Assembly: GCA_028278035.1 (NCBI GenBank)
Contig: JANQFC010000027.1
Coordinates: forward strand, 74,289-138,288
DNA length: 64,000 bases
From: Chlamydiales bacterium
Lineage (GTDB): Bacteria; Chlamydiota; Chlamydiia; Chlamydiales; SM23-39
Direction of reading: 5' to 3'
Part shown: piece by piece, positions 28,256 through 37,783 of the stretch
How positions within the stretch are numbered: the first letter of the stretch is position 1
How the letters are laid out: every line of letters begins with the position of its first letter
The notes under the pieces: model-generated
The model's database searches: none
What the model was told of the DNA's origin: nothing
Seen by the model: the letters and a program-made list of their open reading frames with translations, nothing else
Position numbers and translations under genes: made by a program

Positions 28256-28525
28256 TCCCATAGTTGAAATGCCTTTTTGAGCTAACCAGTTATCTATGTT
28301 TTCTTCTATAACTTTAGCCTTTATTATGATCTCAGATAAATCAGCTGAGCTATCTACCGTATTGGTATGGTCTATCAAGTCTAATATTTCATTATATAAC
28401 ATATCATCAATGTCATCATAGCCATTGTCAGTACACTTCACTAATGTAGTTCGAAGCCCTGCTAGGTTTTCTAGTATCAGTTCTTTCATAATCAAGAACT
28501 TTTCTAAATCGGTATTTTTTTTCAT
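28232..28525 (-). CDS. Small acidic hypothetical protein (97 aa)
   Basis: Helical, strongly acidic ORF 26 nt downstream of and co-directional with the ANK gene. Its 3' end overlaps the convergent rlmB-like gene by 24 nt. Coding status uncertain. Confidence 0.4.
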   Translation of the reverse strand: MKKNTDLEKFLIMKELILENLAGLRTTLVKCTDNGYDDIDDMLYNEILDLIDHTNTVDSSADLSEIIIKAKVIEENIDNWLAQKGISTMGLKWPQIK

Positions 28526-28551
28526 AACTATCTTTATTTAAATTATTAATC

Positions 28552-29358
28552 TTAAACTTCATTACCTTCATAATATTGACTAAAATCAAGCTTGGCATAA
28601 GGATCTTGAGGGGTTGTTTTTTCTAAATAAGTAGCAAGCTGGGTATGGCAGCGGGATTTGGCCATATCTAAAGCAGTTTCCCCAGCAGAGGTTTTTGCTG
28701 TAGTGTCTGCTCCAGCTTTAATAAGCACAAAAGCGACGTCTGGATTGCCTAATGCCGCAGAATGCAGCGGAGTCGTTCCGTTTAAATCTGTAGCTTCTAT
28801 TTCAGCTTGATATCTAATCAATAAAGAAGCCATGGCACAGCTAGTTGTCAAGCTTTGTGTAGTTGTGGATTCTAGTCCTGCATAATGCAGAGGTGTTAAT
28901 CCCCGAGCATTTCGAATGCTTGGATCAGCTCCGAGCTCAAGAAGGTGTTGAAAATCATCCCAGTTTCTATAAATAACAGCATTATGCAAGACTGTTTGTC
29001 CGTCTGCATCAAGCTCACTTAAACTTTGCTGGCATTTCTCAACTTTTTTAAGACATGTGCCATCATATACCGGAAATAACTTTGTTCGTGTATAACAATA
29101 TATTCTGGACATAAGTCCATGCAATCCGTCTTTTGTATCTTTTTCAGGGCATAGATGCATTGCATAGTTATATTGAAAATATTGAGGATGTCTCTCTGCG
29201 ATGGGATGTTCGCAAAGAGTTTCTATATCATTTAGACAATTGAATATTTTTTGTTCGACAGTTTCTCCTCTGAGTTCAGGGGCAGCGGCTGCTGCTAGAG
29301 CTGGTGTTGCACGAAAAACTAATCCAATCAGTCCGGTTGCTACTGCTGTAAGTGCCAT
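28552..29358 (-). CDS. Exported/anchored ankyrin-repeat protein, paralogue A
   Basis: Ala-rich hydrophobic N-terminus (MALTAVATGLIGLVFRATPALAAAAAP), a Cys-containing middle module, and C-terminal ANK repeats (DGQTVLHNAVIYRNWDDFQHLLELGADP, GLTPLHYAG, GTTPLHSAALGNPDVAFVLIKAGAD, GETALDMA). Visibly higher GC than its neighbours. Confidence 0.8.
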   Translation of the reverse strand: MALTAVATGLIGLVFRATPALAAAAAPELRGETVEQKIFNCLNDIETLCEHPIAERHPQYFQYNYAMHLCPEKDTKDGLHGLMSRIYCYTRTKLFPVYDGTCLKKVEKCQQSLSELDADGQTVLHNAVIYRNWDDFQHLLELGADPSIRNARGLTPLHYAGLESTTTQSLTTSCAMASLLIRYQAEIEATDLNGTTPLHSAALGNPDVAFVLIKAGADTTAKTSAGETALDMAKSRCHTQLATYLEKTTPQDPYAKLDFSQYYEGNEV

Positions 29359-29450
29359 GAAAATACTCCTTTATTTCAATAAAAATTTAGAAAAAGCTAA
29401 TAAAGAAAAAAAATATAGTCAAGCATATTTTTTATATTGGAAAAATTTAA

Positions 29451-30191
29451 CTATCTTTTTCTGAAAGAATTCAAAAAGAAAAACCAAAGGTATGAAATGT
29501 ATCTTTTGATTTTTAAGTGTTCTTCTTTAGATTTTAAATTGTCGCTTATTATTCTATAGGTTATTCCTGTTATGTTTTGCCAGGAAAAATTAATAGCAGA
29601 TCCAATTCTCATAACATATTTATAGTGTTTTTTTACGCATTTGTGTATTTCTTCATTAAATTTACCTAGCGGATAAACAAAAGTGTCAATTTTAGTATTT
29701 AGTTTTTTTTCTAAGAATTTTTTGGATTCTTTGATTTCTAAATTGAAATCGACTTTATCTTTTAAAAGGTTTTTGTGGTTATAAGAATGAGAGGCTATAT
29801 AAACTAAACCACTGTCATGCATTTCTTTTATTTCTTTCCAGGAGCAAAAAGGAACTTTTGTTTTGTAATTATCATTTTTCATAGCCTCATGATAAGTAAC
29901 AGACAATCTTGTTTTATCATCTAAATAAGTGTCTTCTTGAATGAATTTAATAGGAACTGCTAAAACAGCTTTGATTTTTAAATTTTTTAAAAGAGGGAAC
30001 ACATACTTATAAAAATCGAAGTATGCATCGTCAAAAGTTAAGCAGATATTCAATTTAAAGAGATTGATTTTGTCTTGCGGAATTACAATTTTATATTTTT
30101 GAGATAAATATTTCAAATGTTCATATATTTGCTTTTCTGTATTAGCATATTTTCCAATAGATACTCTATGATATAAAAAAGTAAGTAGCAT
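29451..30191 (-). CDS. Polysaccharide deacetylase (NodB-homology) family protein
   Basis: LTFDDAYFDFY (TFDD motif) and ASHSYNH (His motif), 246 aa. Confidence 0.7.
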   Translation of the reverse strand: MLLTFLYHRVSIGKYANTEKQIYEHLKYLSQKYKIVIPQDKINLFKLNICLTFDDAYFDFYKYVFPLLKNLKIKAVLAVPIKFIQEDTYLDDKTRLSVTYHEAMKNDNYKTKVPFCSWKEIKEMHDSGLVYIASHSYNHKNLLKDKVDFNLEIKESKKFLEKKLNTKIDTFVYPLGKFNEEIHKCVKKHYKYVMRIGSAINFSWQNITGITYRIISDNLKSKEEHLKIKRYISYLWFFFLNSFRKR

Positions 30192-30192
30192 A

Positions 30193-30963
30193 TTATTTTT
30201 TATTAATTTCTTCTAATTTTAAATATTTATACAAAGCGGTATTTGCATTATATAGTGATATAATAAATCCTTCTTTTCCACCAAAAATGCCTTTTTTTAT
30301 TATATAGCTTTTAAAAAAAGCAAACAATGAGTGAGCGATAGCTTTTAATAAAGAAGAATCTTTTTTATTTTTATTTTGATTAGCAAATAAAGTTGAGTAA
30401 TGGCTCATTTTTTTTAAAAAATCGTCTAAATTTTGATATGAATAATGATTAATAGGGGATTGAAAAGATATTTTGTTCAATCCTTTATCAAGTAATTTTT
30501 CATGAACTAAAGAATTTGAAAAATGAGTTTTGTTTTTATTATATAATCTAATGTGGCTTTCTGGATACCAGCCGCAGTATTTGATTAGTTTATTATTAAA
30601 ATAATTATGGAAATTAAAGGAATAAACATTTATCTCGTTAAGAGATATGTTTTTTAATTCAGCTTGCAGTTGTTCAGATAAGGCTTCGTCGCTGTCTAAT
30701 GCTAAGATCCAATTGTTTTTAGCGATATCAGCTCCTTTATTTCTTAAAGGTCCATAACCTATAAAATCTGAAAAATGGATTTTTACATTTTTATAGCTTT
30801 TGGCAATCTCTATTGTTTTATCTGTTGAACCATTATCTAAAATAATGATCTCATTAAGCTGCTTAATAGACTCTAATGTGTTTTTTAGGGTCTTATCTGA
30901 GTTTTTTGTAAGTATTACTGCACTAATCATAAATGAAAATAATACCATAGTTTGAAAAAGCAA
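30193..30963 (-). CDS. Family 2 glycosyltransferase (LPS-core KdtX/WaaE-like)
   Basis: ISAVILTKNSDKTL...IIILDNGSTDKT...ILALDSDE (DxD). About 256 aa, a size typical of soluble GT2 LPS-core enzymes. 1-nt gap to the deacetylase gene. Confidence 0.8.
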   Translation of the reverse strand: MLFQTMVLFSFMISAVILTKNSDKTLKNTLESIKQLNEIIILDNGSTDKTIEIAKSYKNVKIHFSDFIGYGPLRNKGADIAKNNWILALDSDEALSEQLQAELKNISLNEINVYSFNFHNYFNNKLIKYCGWYPESHIRLYNKNKTHFSNSLVHEKLLDKGLNKISFQSPINHYSYQNLDDFLKKMSHYSTLFANQNKNKKDSSLLKAIAHSLFAFFKSYIIKKGIFGGKEGFIISLYNANTALYKYLKLEEINKK

Positions 30964-31047
30964 TCTAGATATTAAAAAAAGTATCTTTATGCAACAACAA
31001 AGATACTTTGTTCTAATTAAAGGTTTTTCTTGGATAGGTTATATATC

Positions 31048-31758
31048 TTACACTTTTTTCACATTATCACATATAACAGGAACCTGTTTAAAATATGCCT
31101 GTTTTTCTTGTAGTTCTTTTGTGAGCTCTCTTCTTGCATTCAGAACAGATAAGTCTAATGCTGTATAACCTGAGTAAGTTTCTGGATAAGGATATGCTCC
31201 AGCGCCAAGCAACATCAAGCCTATTTCTTCACTTTTTATAGCTGCCATATGCAGAGGCACAAAGCCTTGATCGTCCCCAATATTAATTTTAGCACCAAAT
31301 TCAGTAATGTTTTTAGCTGCAGCATAATCTTTTTCTTCTACTGCTTTAAGTAAAGGAGTTTGTTTGTGTTCATCTTGCTCATTAATAGTTTCTATACAAT
31401 GATCGATCACTTCTCGGCACGGCTGTTTGTCATCATATCCAAAATTGCCATGGCTTACATAACATTTTAATCTTGCAAGATAGCCGACTATTTTGTTTGT
31501 CCAATGAGCTATTTTATCTACAGCAGATTGGTTTGCATATGGATCTTCACATTGATCTATTAGGAACTCATATAGATTAGGATGATCTTCAACTCCCGCA
31601 TATTCGCCGCATTGTCTGCCTATATCCTCTATACACCTTTGAATATTTCTCTGAACAGAGTTTCCTTCTAAAGCCGGATCTGTTACAGCAGCCGTAGCTA
31701 ATGTTGATGTTGCTTGAGCTGCTACTGCTGCAAAGCCTGCTGCTACCGCCAATGACAT
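31048..31758 (-). CDS. Exported/anchored ankyrin-repeat protein, paralogue B
   Basis: Same architecture as 28552-29358: MSLAVAAGFAAVAAQATSTLATAAV N-terminus, an alignable Cys module (VQRNIQRCIEDIGRQCGEY versus VEQKIFNCLNDIETLCEHP), then ANK repeats (KQTPLLKAVEEKDYAAAKNITEFGA, GFVPLHMAA, GYTALDLS). Confidence 0.75.
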   Translation of the reverse strand: MSLAVAAGFAAVAAQATSTLATAAVTDPALEGNSVQRNIQRCIEDIGRQCGEYAGVEDHPNLYEFLIDQCEDPYANQSAVDKIAHWTNKIVGYLARLKCYVSHGNFGYDDKQPCREVIDHCIETINEQDEHKQTPLLKAVEEKDYAAAKNITEFGAKINIGDDQGFVPLHMAAIKSEEIGLMLLGAGAYPYPETYSGYTALDLSVLNARRELTKELQEKQAYFKQVPVICDNVKKV

Positions 31759-31918
31759 AGTGTTCTCCTTTTGTTTAGTTTAGAAATTTTCAAAAAAAGT
31801 AATGAATAATAAATATATGGTCAAGTTATCTTTTGCAGTTTTTTAATTTTACCTAAAAAATATTTATAAATTGTTGTATAGTTTTGTTGTTTGATACAAA
31901 AAAATAAAAAGGTAATAC

Positions 31919-32923
31919 ATGAAAAAATCTTATACTTTTGACGATGTTGCGTTAATTCCCCAATATAATAATATTCCTTCTAGAACAGAACCTTCTTTAA
32001 AAAGCTGGCTTACCAAGGATGTTAAAATAGACATTCCTATTATGGCATCTAATATGGACTCTGTTATTTCGGATGAATTGGCTGAGATATTAATTAAAGA
32101 AGGCTCGATTCCGATATTTCATAGGTTTACAGATTTTGAAACTCAAAAAAAATGGGTGAAAAAGTATAAGGAAAAATCATTTGTTTCGTGCGGCATTAAA
32201 AATATTGATTATCCAAGCAAGTTATTTGATTTGGGTGCAAAAGGTGTTTGTATTGATATAGCTCACGGCCATTCCAATAAAATGTTGGATTTTATAGAAC
32301 AGCTTAAGAAAAAACATCCGGACAAACAGATTGTTGCTGGTAACGTTTGTACTGCTGTAGCTTATCATGATTTGGTAAATGCGGGAGCAGACGCGGTAAA
32401 AGTGGGTATTGGCCCAGGGGCTATTTGTACAACTCGGATGGTAACTGGGTTTGGGGTGCCTCAGTTTACTGCTATTCAAGACTGTGCCCATATAGCAGAC
32501 AAATTGCGAGTCCCTTTAATTGCGGATGGAGGGATTAGAACAAGTAGAGATGTTGTTCTAGCCTTGGCTGCAGGGGCCAGCTCTGTTATGATAGGAAAGC
32601 TTTTTGCGTTAACTGATGAAAGTGCTGCTGTCAAGAAAGAAACAAAAGATGGGCTTTATGCAAAATATAGAGGTCAGGCAAGTATAGACTTTCAAAATGA
32701 TTACTATGGCAAGGTAAAAGAAAAAACAACTGCAGAGGGAGTTAATTTTTGGGCTAAAACATCAGGCCCAGCTGTTAATTTAATAAATGAGCTTTTAGGT
32801 GGTATAAGAAGCGGAATGACTTATGGAGGCGCTAGAAGTTTAAAAGAACTGCAGAGAAAAGCTGAGTTTACAGAAGTAACAACTTCTTATATATTTGAAA
32901 GTATGCCAAGGCCTCATAAATAG
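31919..32923 (+). CDS. guaC: GMP reductase (IMPDH/GMPR family, no CBS insert)
   Basis: 334 aa. [35 protein letters not shown] (catalytic Cys), IADGGIR. Layout resembles Bacillus-type GuaC. Confidence 0.75.
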   Translation: MKKSYTFDDVALIPQYNNIPSRTEPSLKSWLTKDVKIDIPIMASNMDSVISDELAEILIKEGSIPIFHRFTDFETQKKWVKKYKEKSFVSCGIKNIDYPSKLFDLGAKGVCIDIAHGHSNKMLDFIEQLKKKHPDKQIVAGNVCTAVAYHDLVNAGADAVKVGIGPGAICTTRMVTGFGVPQFTAIQDCAHIADKLRVPLIADGGIRTSRDVVLALAAGASSVMIGKLFALTDESAAVKKETKDGLYAKYRGQASIDFQNDYYGKVKEKTTAEGVNFWAKTSGPAVNLINELLGGIRSGMTYGGARSLKELQRKAEFTEVTTSYIFESMPRPHK

Positions 32924-32937
32924 TTTGTTGGGTAGAG

Positions 32938-34206
32938 ATGAGAAAAGATTTATTAGCACCCAGTAAAAAGATATATGATCCAATACATGGCTTTATAAGA
33001 ATAGATGAGATTGAAAAAGATCTTATAGATTCCTATCCATTTCAAAGGCTTCATTATATAAGGCAGCTAGGCCTTACTTATTTGATATATCCGGGGGCTA
33101 CCCATACAAGATTTGAACATTCTTTAGGCGTTATGCATTTGTCTTCTATTATTTTCAAAAGACTTTGCAAAACGCTCAGGCCAGATGTATTTAATGAAGT
33201 GCCGAGAATAGGATCGGATGATTATATTTATTCGAAGCAAATTCTAAGACTTGCTGCTTTGTGTCATGACTTGGGGCATTTGCCCTTTTCTCATGTGGCA
33301 GAAAAAAAGTTATTAGATAATAAAGGACATGAAAAATGGACCTTGAATTTAATAGAAAGTCCTTATCTTGAAAAAATTTGGAAAAAACTACAAAAAAGAC
33401 CGGGATTTGAAAACAGAAATATCAAAGAAGATGTTATCAAAACTTCATTAGGAGAAGAAGTTTTAGAAAAACAGGGCAGAAATTATAAATTTTCTGCTTG
33501 GGAAAAAATATTGTCTTTAATAATTTCTGCGGATTTTTTTGGGGCGGACAGAATTGATTACCTTTTAAGGGATTCTAAATATACAGGTGTGGTATACGGC
33601 CTTTTTGATTATCTGCAGCTAATAGAGATGATGCGAATTTTACCGTCTAAAAAAAACAGCTTGGCTCTTGGTATTGACGAGGGTGGTTTGGAGTCTTGCG
33701 AAGCATTGCTGCTGGCAAGGCATTTTATGCATAAAAGAGTCTATAAACATCCGTCTGTTAAAGCATTTAATTTTCATTTGTCTAAATTTATGACAAGTAT
33801 TTATAAAGAATTTACAGATGAGGATTCTTTTTTACTGGCAACAGATGCGCATGTTATTGCAAAACTTACTAAAGCTTCTTTAAATAAAAAAGACCCTATG
33901 TATTCGGCCGCTGTTAAAATAGTTAGAAGAAAGGATCACTTCAAAGCTATACCGGCAAATTCGATTAGTGAAAAAGATTTAGAGAAATTTAAAAATGACA
34001 ATAAAATAAAAGATGATCAGATTTATTGGGAATTTGAAAAAACTTTAAAAAAAGATTTTTCTTTTTTAGTATCAAGAAAAAATTTAAAATTAGCAAAAGC
34101 CTCAGATATTTCATCAATTTTAAGCTATATACCGCCTTCCGAAAAAAAATGGGTATATATAGCACCTCAATATGAGGTGCTTTTTTTGAACTGCTTCAAA
34201 AAATAA
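32938..34206 (+). CDS. HD-domain dNTP triphosphohydrolase-like protein (SAMHD1/EF1143-like)
   Basis: IYDPIHGFIRI...FQRLHYIRQLG...YPGATHTRFEHSLGVMHL, CHDLGHLPFSH, GADRIDYLLRDS. Confidence 0.8.
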   Translation: MRKDLLAPSKKIYDPIHGFIRIDEIEKDLIDSYPFQRLHYIRQLGLTYLIYPGATHTRFEHSLGVMHLSSIIFKRLCKTLRPDVFNEVPRIGSDDYIYSKQILRLAALCHDLGHLPFSHVAEKKLLDNKGHEKWTLNLIESPYLEKIWKKLQKRPGFENRNIKEDVIKTSLGEEVLEKQGRNYKFSAWEKILSLIISADFFGADRIDYLLRDSKYTGVVYGLFDYLQLIEMMRILPSKKNSLALGIDEGGLESCEALLLARHFMHKRVYKHPSVKAFNFHLSKFMTSIYKEFTDEDSFLLATDAHVIAKLTKASLNKKDPMYSAAVKIVRRKDHFKAIPANSISEKDLEKFKNDNKIKDDQIYWEFEKTLKKDFSFLVSRKNLKLAKASDISSILSYIPPSEKKWVYIAPQYEVLFLNCFKK

Positions 34207-34263
34207 AGCATCTTTACTCTAAATTCGGTATAATTCATTCTATATTTTATTTTTGTAAAAAAG

Positions 34264-35529
34264 ATGTTTAAATTAAAAAGTATTAAAAGTAATTTTTTAA
34301 GTTTTTCCAGATCGCAAAAGATCTTCATAATAAGTATTATTGCGAGCGTTTTTTTTATATCTGCTGAATACGGAATAACCAGACCTGCAAGCACTTCTAT
34401 TTTTGTATCCAACTTTACAAGTCGCTTATTTCCTTATTGCTGGATTTTAGCGGTGCCCGTTAATTTACTGATAGTATATTTATATAACAGGTTTTTGCCT
34501 AAGCTCGGGTGTTTGAAAACATTTTTTGCGTTTGTTATATCAATTATTTTTGTAAATTCCACTACAGCCTTGTTAGTAAAGAAATATCCTTTCTTGGCTT
34601 TCATTCAGTTTATTTTTAAAGATGTATATATATTACTTGCGTTCAAACAGGCATGGTCTATTATTCATTCCACGATAGATACCAATAAAGCCAAGTATCT
34701 TTATGGTGTTATGTTTGGAATGGGGGGAATGGGCTCTGTTCTTGGAGGATTGGTCTCAGGTTTTTCAGCTGTTAAGATGGGCTCTGTTAATTTGTTTTAT
34801 TTTTCCTGTCCTTTATATTTGCTTATATTTTTTTTCTATTACACAGCTTATAAAAACAGTTCTATTTCAAAGGGAAAGTTTCAGGATTTGCTGTTTTCTG
34901 AAAATTCAAATCCAAAAGAAGGATTTTCTTTAATTAGAAAATCATCTTTTTTATTATTTATTTTATTAATCGTGATTTTCATGCAGGTATCTACTGCGCT
35001 TTTAGATTATCAGTTTAATTTCTTTTTAGAAAAAAACATTCCTAATATGGACCTAAGAACGCAGTATACTGGAAGGCTTACCAGCCTTATTAATTTTTTA
35101 TCTACCGCTTTTCAGTTTTTCGGCGGATTTGTTTTAGTTCATTTCTTGGGACTTAAAAGAGCTCATAAATTAGTTCCTATGCTTTTAGGGGTTAATTCTT
35201 TTGCTTTCTTGTTATTTCCTTCCTTCGGCATGGCTACTTATGCTTTTGCTACGATAAAATCTTTAGATTACTCGTTATTTGGAATTATCAGAGAAATGCT
35301 TTATATTCCTTTAAAGCTGGATGAAAAATATAGGGCAAAAGCTATTATAGATGTTTTTGCATATAGAAGTGCAAAAGCCTTTGCTTCTTTATTTTTGATA
35401 TTTATTCAGAATATAACAGGTTTAAATATTATTCTGCTGATAAGCGTAATGTCTACAATTATATATTTGTTTTGGATAAAAATTGTTTCCCTGATGTTCA
35501 AAAAGCAAGAAGTTCAAAAACCAATTTAA
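34264..35529 (+). CDS. TLC (ATP:ADP antiporter/NTT) family-like membrane transporter, divergent and short
   Basis: 421 aa with about 11-12 TM helices. By eye, YGITRPASTSIF, WSIIHSTIDTNKAKYLYGVMFGMGG and YSLFGIIREMLYIPLKLDEKYRAKAIIDV align with the conserved Tlc blocks ([61 protein letters not shown]). Confidence 0.55.
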   Translation: MFKLKSIKSNFLSFSRSQKIFIISIIASVFFISAEYGITRPASTSIFVSNFTSRLFPYCWILAVPVNLLIVYLYNRFLPKLGCLKTFFAFVISIIFVNSTTALLVKKYPFLAFIQFIFKDVYILLAFKQAWSIIHSTIDTNKAKYLYGVMFGMGGMGSVLGGLVSGFSAVKMGSVNLFYFSCPLYLLIFFFYYTAYKNSSISKGKFQDLLFSENSNPKEGFSLIRKSSFLLFILLIVIFMQVSTALLDYQFNFFLEKNIPNMDLRTQYTGRLTSLINFLSTAFQFFGGFVLVHFLGLKRAHKLVPMLLGVNSFAFLLFPSFGMATYAFATIKSLDYSLFGIIREMLYIPLKLDEKYRAKAIIDVFAYRSAKAFASLFLIFIQNITGLNIILLISVMSTIIYLFWIKIVSLMFKKQEVQKPI

Positions 35530-35652
35530 GCTTTGTGTGCTTTTCTAAATGAATAATAGTAATAATTTATTATTACAGTTTAGACTTAAAGTGCTTTAGC
35601 AAAACAAGAGGAAAAGGTTTGAAAAAGAACTAAACAATTTAATGGAAAAGGC

Positions 35653-36849
35653 CTAATCGGCGCTTCCTGCAGCTTCAGAGCCGGAAGTAAAGTAAGGATG
35701 GTTTAAAGCTTTAGTTGCTGTTAGCCTATTTTCTGGTTTTATTGCTAAAAGAGATTTAATAAGATCTGCCAGATGAACTGGAAGAGCGCGTGTTTTATCT
35801 AAATCTTCAAAATTTAAGGGGTGTTGCTTTTCAATATGCTTCTTTAAAAGGTATTGTATTGCGATCGGAGTATCTGCATTTTTTAATACGGGATGAAGGC
35901 CGGTAAATGCTTCATGTAATATTATTCCAACAGCCCAGCTGTCGCTTTGAGGGCATACAATTTTATGAAATACTTCGGGAGACATATGAGTTGGCGTGCC
36001 TTCTATTGAACTTGGGGTACTTGCTCGGATGTTTAAGTGTTTTGCTAAGTTGAAATCAAATATTACTACCCTGTATTTTGGGGTACCGTCAGCAAGGTGA
36101 TATCTTTCTACTTTGATATTATCAGGTTTTAGATCGCAATGCACAATGCCCCTACTATTCATATAGGCAATTCCTGATAGTAATTGGCGCAAGATCTCTT
36201 TTTGTTCTTCTAAAGTTGCTTCTTTCAATGCCTGTTTTATGTTTTTACCTTTAAGGCATTCCATTGTTATTTCATCATTTGCAAAATGAAATATTCTTAC
36301 AATATTTTCATGATCCAATTTGGACAATACTTTAGCCTCTTTCTCTGCGGAGGCAAGTGAATGAAATTTCTTTTTAGCATAAAACTCATTTTTTACAGGA
36401 TGTTTATAAGAGTTTACTGATCCATAAGATCCTTGGCCTAGCTCTTCGCTTTCTTGCAGAATATTTGCAATTTTTGCTAGATCAAACGTTTCGGGATGAA
36501 CCTTTTCAGGCCTTAATTCTGTGAAGCTGTGAAGATACAGCAAGGCTCTTTTTGCTTTTTGTAAATCTGTACATTCAGTTGTCACGGCTTTTGCATATAA
36601 AGATATCGGATGTCTAGTATGCTCACCCAGATGTGTAAAATAATCTCTTGCTAATTGAATTGTTGCATCTGGAAAATTTTCTTCTAGCGCGTTATATCTG
36701 TGATTAAACTGCTCGCAGCCTTTCTGATTGGGCTGAGTTTGTAAAGTTTCCAGATATATCTGTGCTCGTCTTGCGAAGTTGGGCTGAGCTAAATCTAAAT
36801 AATCAAGCCTTTGATTATAATGCGGATTAAATAATATTGCATAACTCAT
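35653..36849 (-). CDS. Eukaryote-like Ser/Thr protein kinase
   Basis: Full Hanks set: GQGSYGSV, YAKKKF, HCDLKPDNIKV, DFNLAK, GTPTHMSPE, DSWAVGIILHE, R in subdomain XI. About 130 aa of N-terminal region are of unknown function. Confidence 0.9.
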   Translation of the reverse strand: MSYAILFNPHYNQRLDYLDLAQPNFARRAQIYLETLQTQPNQKGCEQFNHRYNALEENFPDATIQLARDYFTHLGEHTRHPISLYAKAVTTECTDLQKAKRALLYLHSFTELRPEKVHPETFDLAKIANILQESEELGQGSYGSVNSYKHPVKNEFYAKKKFHSLASAEKEAKVLSKLDHENIVRIFHFANDEITMECLKGKNIKQALKEATLEEQKEILRQLLSGIAYMNSRGIVHCDLKPDNIKVERYHLADGTPKYRVVIFDFNLAKHLNIRASTPSSIEGTPTHMSPEVFHKIVCPQSDSWAVGIILHEAFTGLHPVLKNADTPIAIQYLLKKHIEKQHPLNFEDLDKTRALPVHLADLIKSLLAIKPENRLTATKALNHPYFTSGSEAAGSAD

Positions 36850-37083
36850 AATTAATTACTCTTTTTTAATAATAAATAATATTAATTATATAATATTTAT
36901 TATTATAATTAAATTAATTATATATGTATTTAAAATAATATCGCTAAGACGTTTGTTATTAGTCGCTTGTAAATAGGAGGGCTTAAGGCAATTATTTTGC
37001 TTTTAGAGAGGTTTTACAAAGAAATTATCAAGAAATTTATTGAAATTAAAATGGAGGATCAATACTTTGAAAATGAGGGGAGG

Positions 37084-37284
37084 ATGAAGATGATTAAGAA
37101 ATTCACTGTTATTATTTTATTATTAATGTCTTACGTATATGTGGTCTCATCTGATCCCGATGGAAATTTAGTATATAAAATTAAAAGGTTTTGCAATTAC
37201 TGCTATCATAAATATAAAGGCATGGACTTAGAGTATCACGTTAATAAATGGCCTGAAAAGAAAAGTAGTAGAAGGAGATTTTAA
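37084..37284 (+). CDS. Small secreted hypothetical protein
   Basis: Start chosen at ATG 37084 behind GGGGAGG. The N-terminus MKMIKKFTVIILLLMSYVYVVSS looks like a signal peptide. The 3' end overlaps the convergent HIT gene by 4 nt. Confidence 0.4.
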   Translation: MKMIKKFTVIILLLMSYVYVVSSDPDGNLVYKIKRFCNYCYHKYKGMDLEYHVNKWPEKKSSRRRF

Positions 37285-37736
37285 CGGTTTAATTTTTTTG
37301 CAATTTTTTCTAAGGCGTTATCATCAATTCTTTGGGCGTCATGTGAAGATAAATAACCTTCGTATTTTTTGAAATATTTATCCAAATAGGCTGAGGCCGA
37401 GCCCCATTTATTAATATGTTTGGTACCATGCATAGGAATTAATTTTACATGGACATGATCTATGCCAATACCTTCTAGTACAATACCTGTTCTTCCAACA
37501 TCATCTAATTTTGCATCTAAAAGCTTGCCTACTTTTTTAGAAGCTAAAATTAATTTAGATAACACTTCATCTTCAAGGTCCAGCGCATAGCCGGGAGAAT
37601 GTTTTTTGGGAATCAAGATAGTAAAACCTTCGGTATTAGGAAAAATTGATAGGAATGCAATATGATCTTCATCTTCCCATATTTTATGGCAAGGAGTATG
37701 ACCTTTTACTATTTTACAGTATGCGCAATCTTCCAT
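37281..37736 (-). CDS. HIT-family nucleotide hydrolase/transferase
   Basis: CAYCKI zinc-like N-terminus and histidine triad GIDHVHVKLIP. Confidence 0.85.
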   Translation of the reverse strand: MEDCAYCKIVKGHTPCHKIWEDEDHIAFLSIFPNTEGFTILIPKKHSPGYALDLEDEVLSKLILASKKVGKLLDAKLDDVGRTGIVLEGIGIDHVHVKLIPMHGTKHINKWGSASAYLDKYFKKYEGYLSSHDAQRIDDNALEKIAKKLNR

Positions 37737-37783
37737 ATTTTATATTCATTTGCTTCCTATCAATTATTTTTAGCATTTTCTTA

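Noticed and set aside
34167-34933. ORFs 34167-34412 (minus) and 34703-34933 (plus, alternate frame)
   Set aside because: They overlap the TLC-like transporter gene or span its upstream spacer. No supporting signals.
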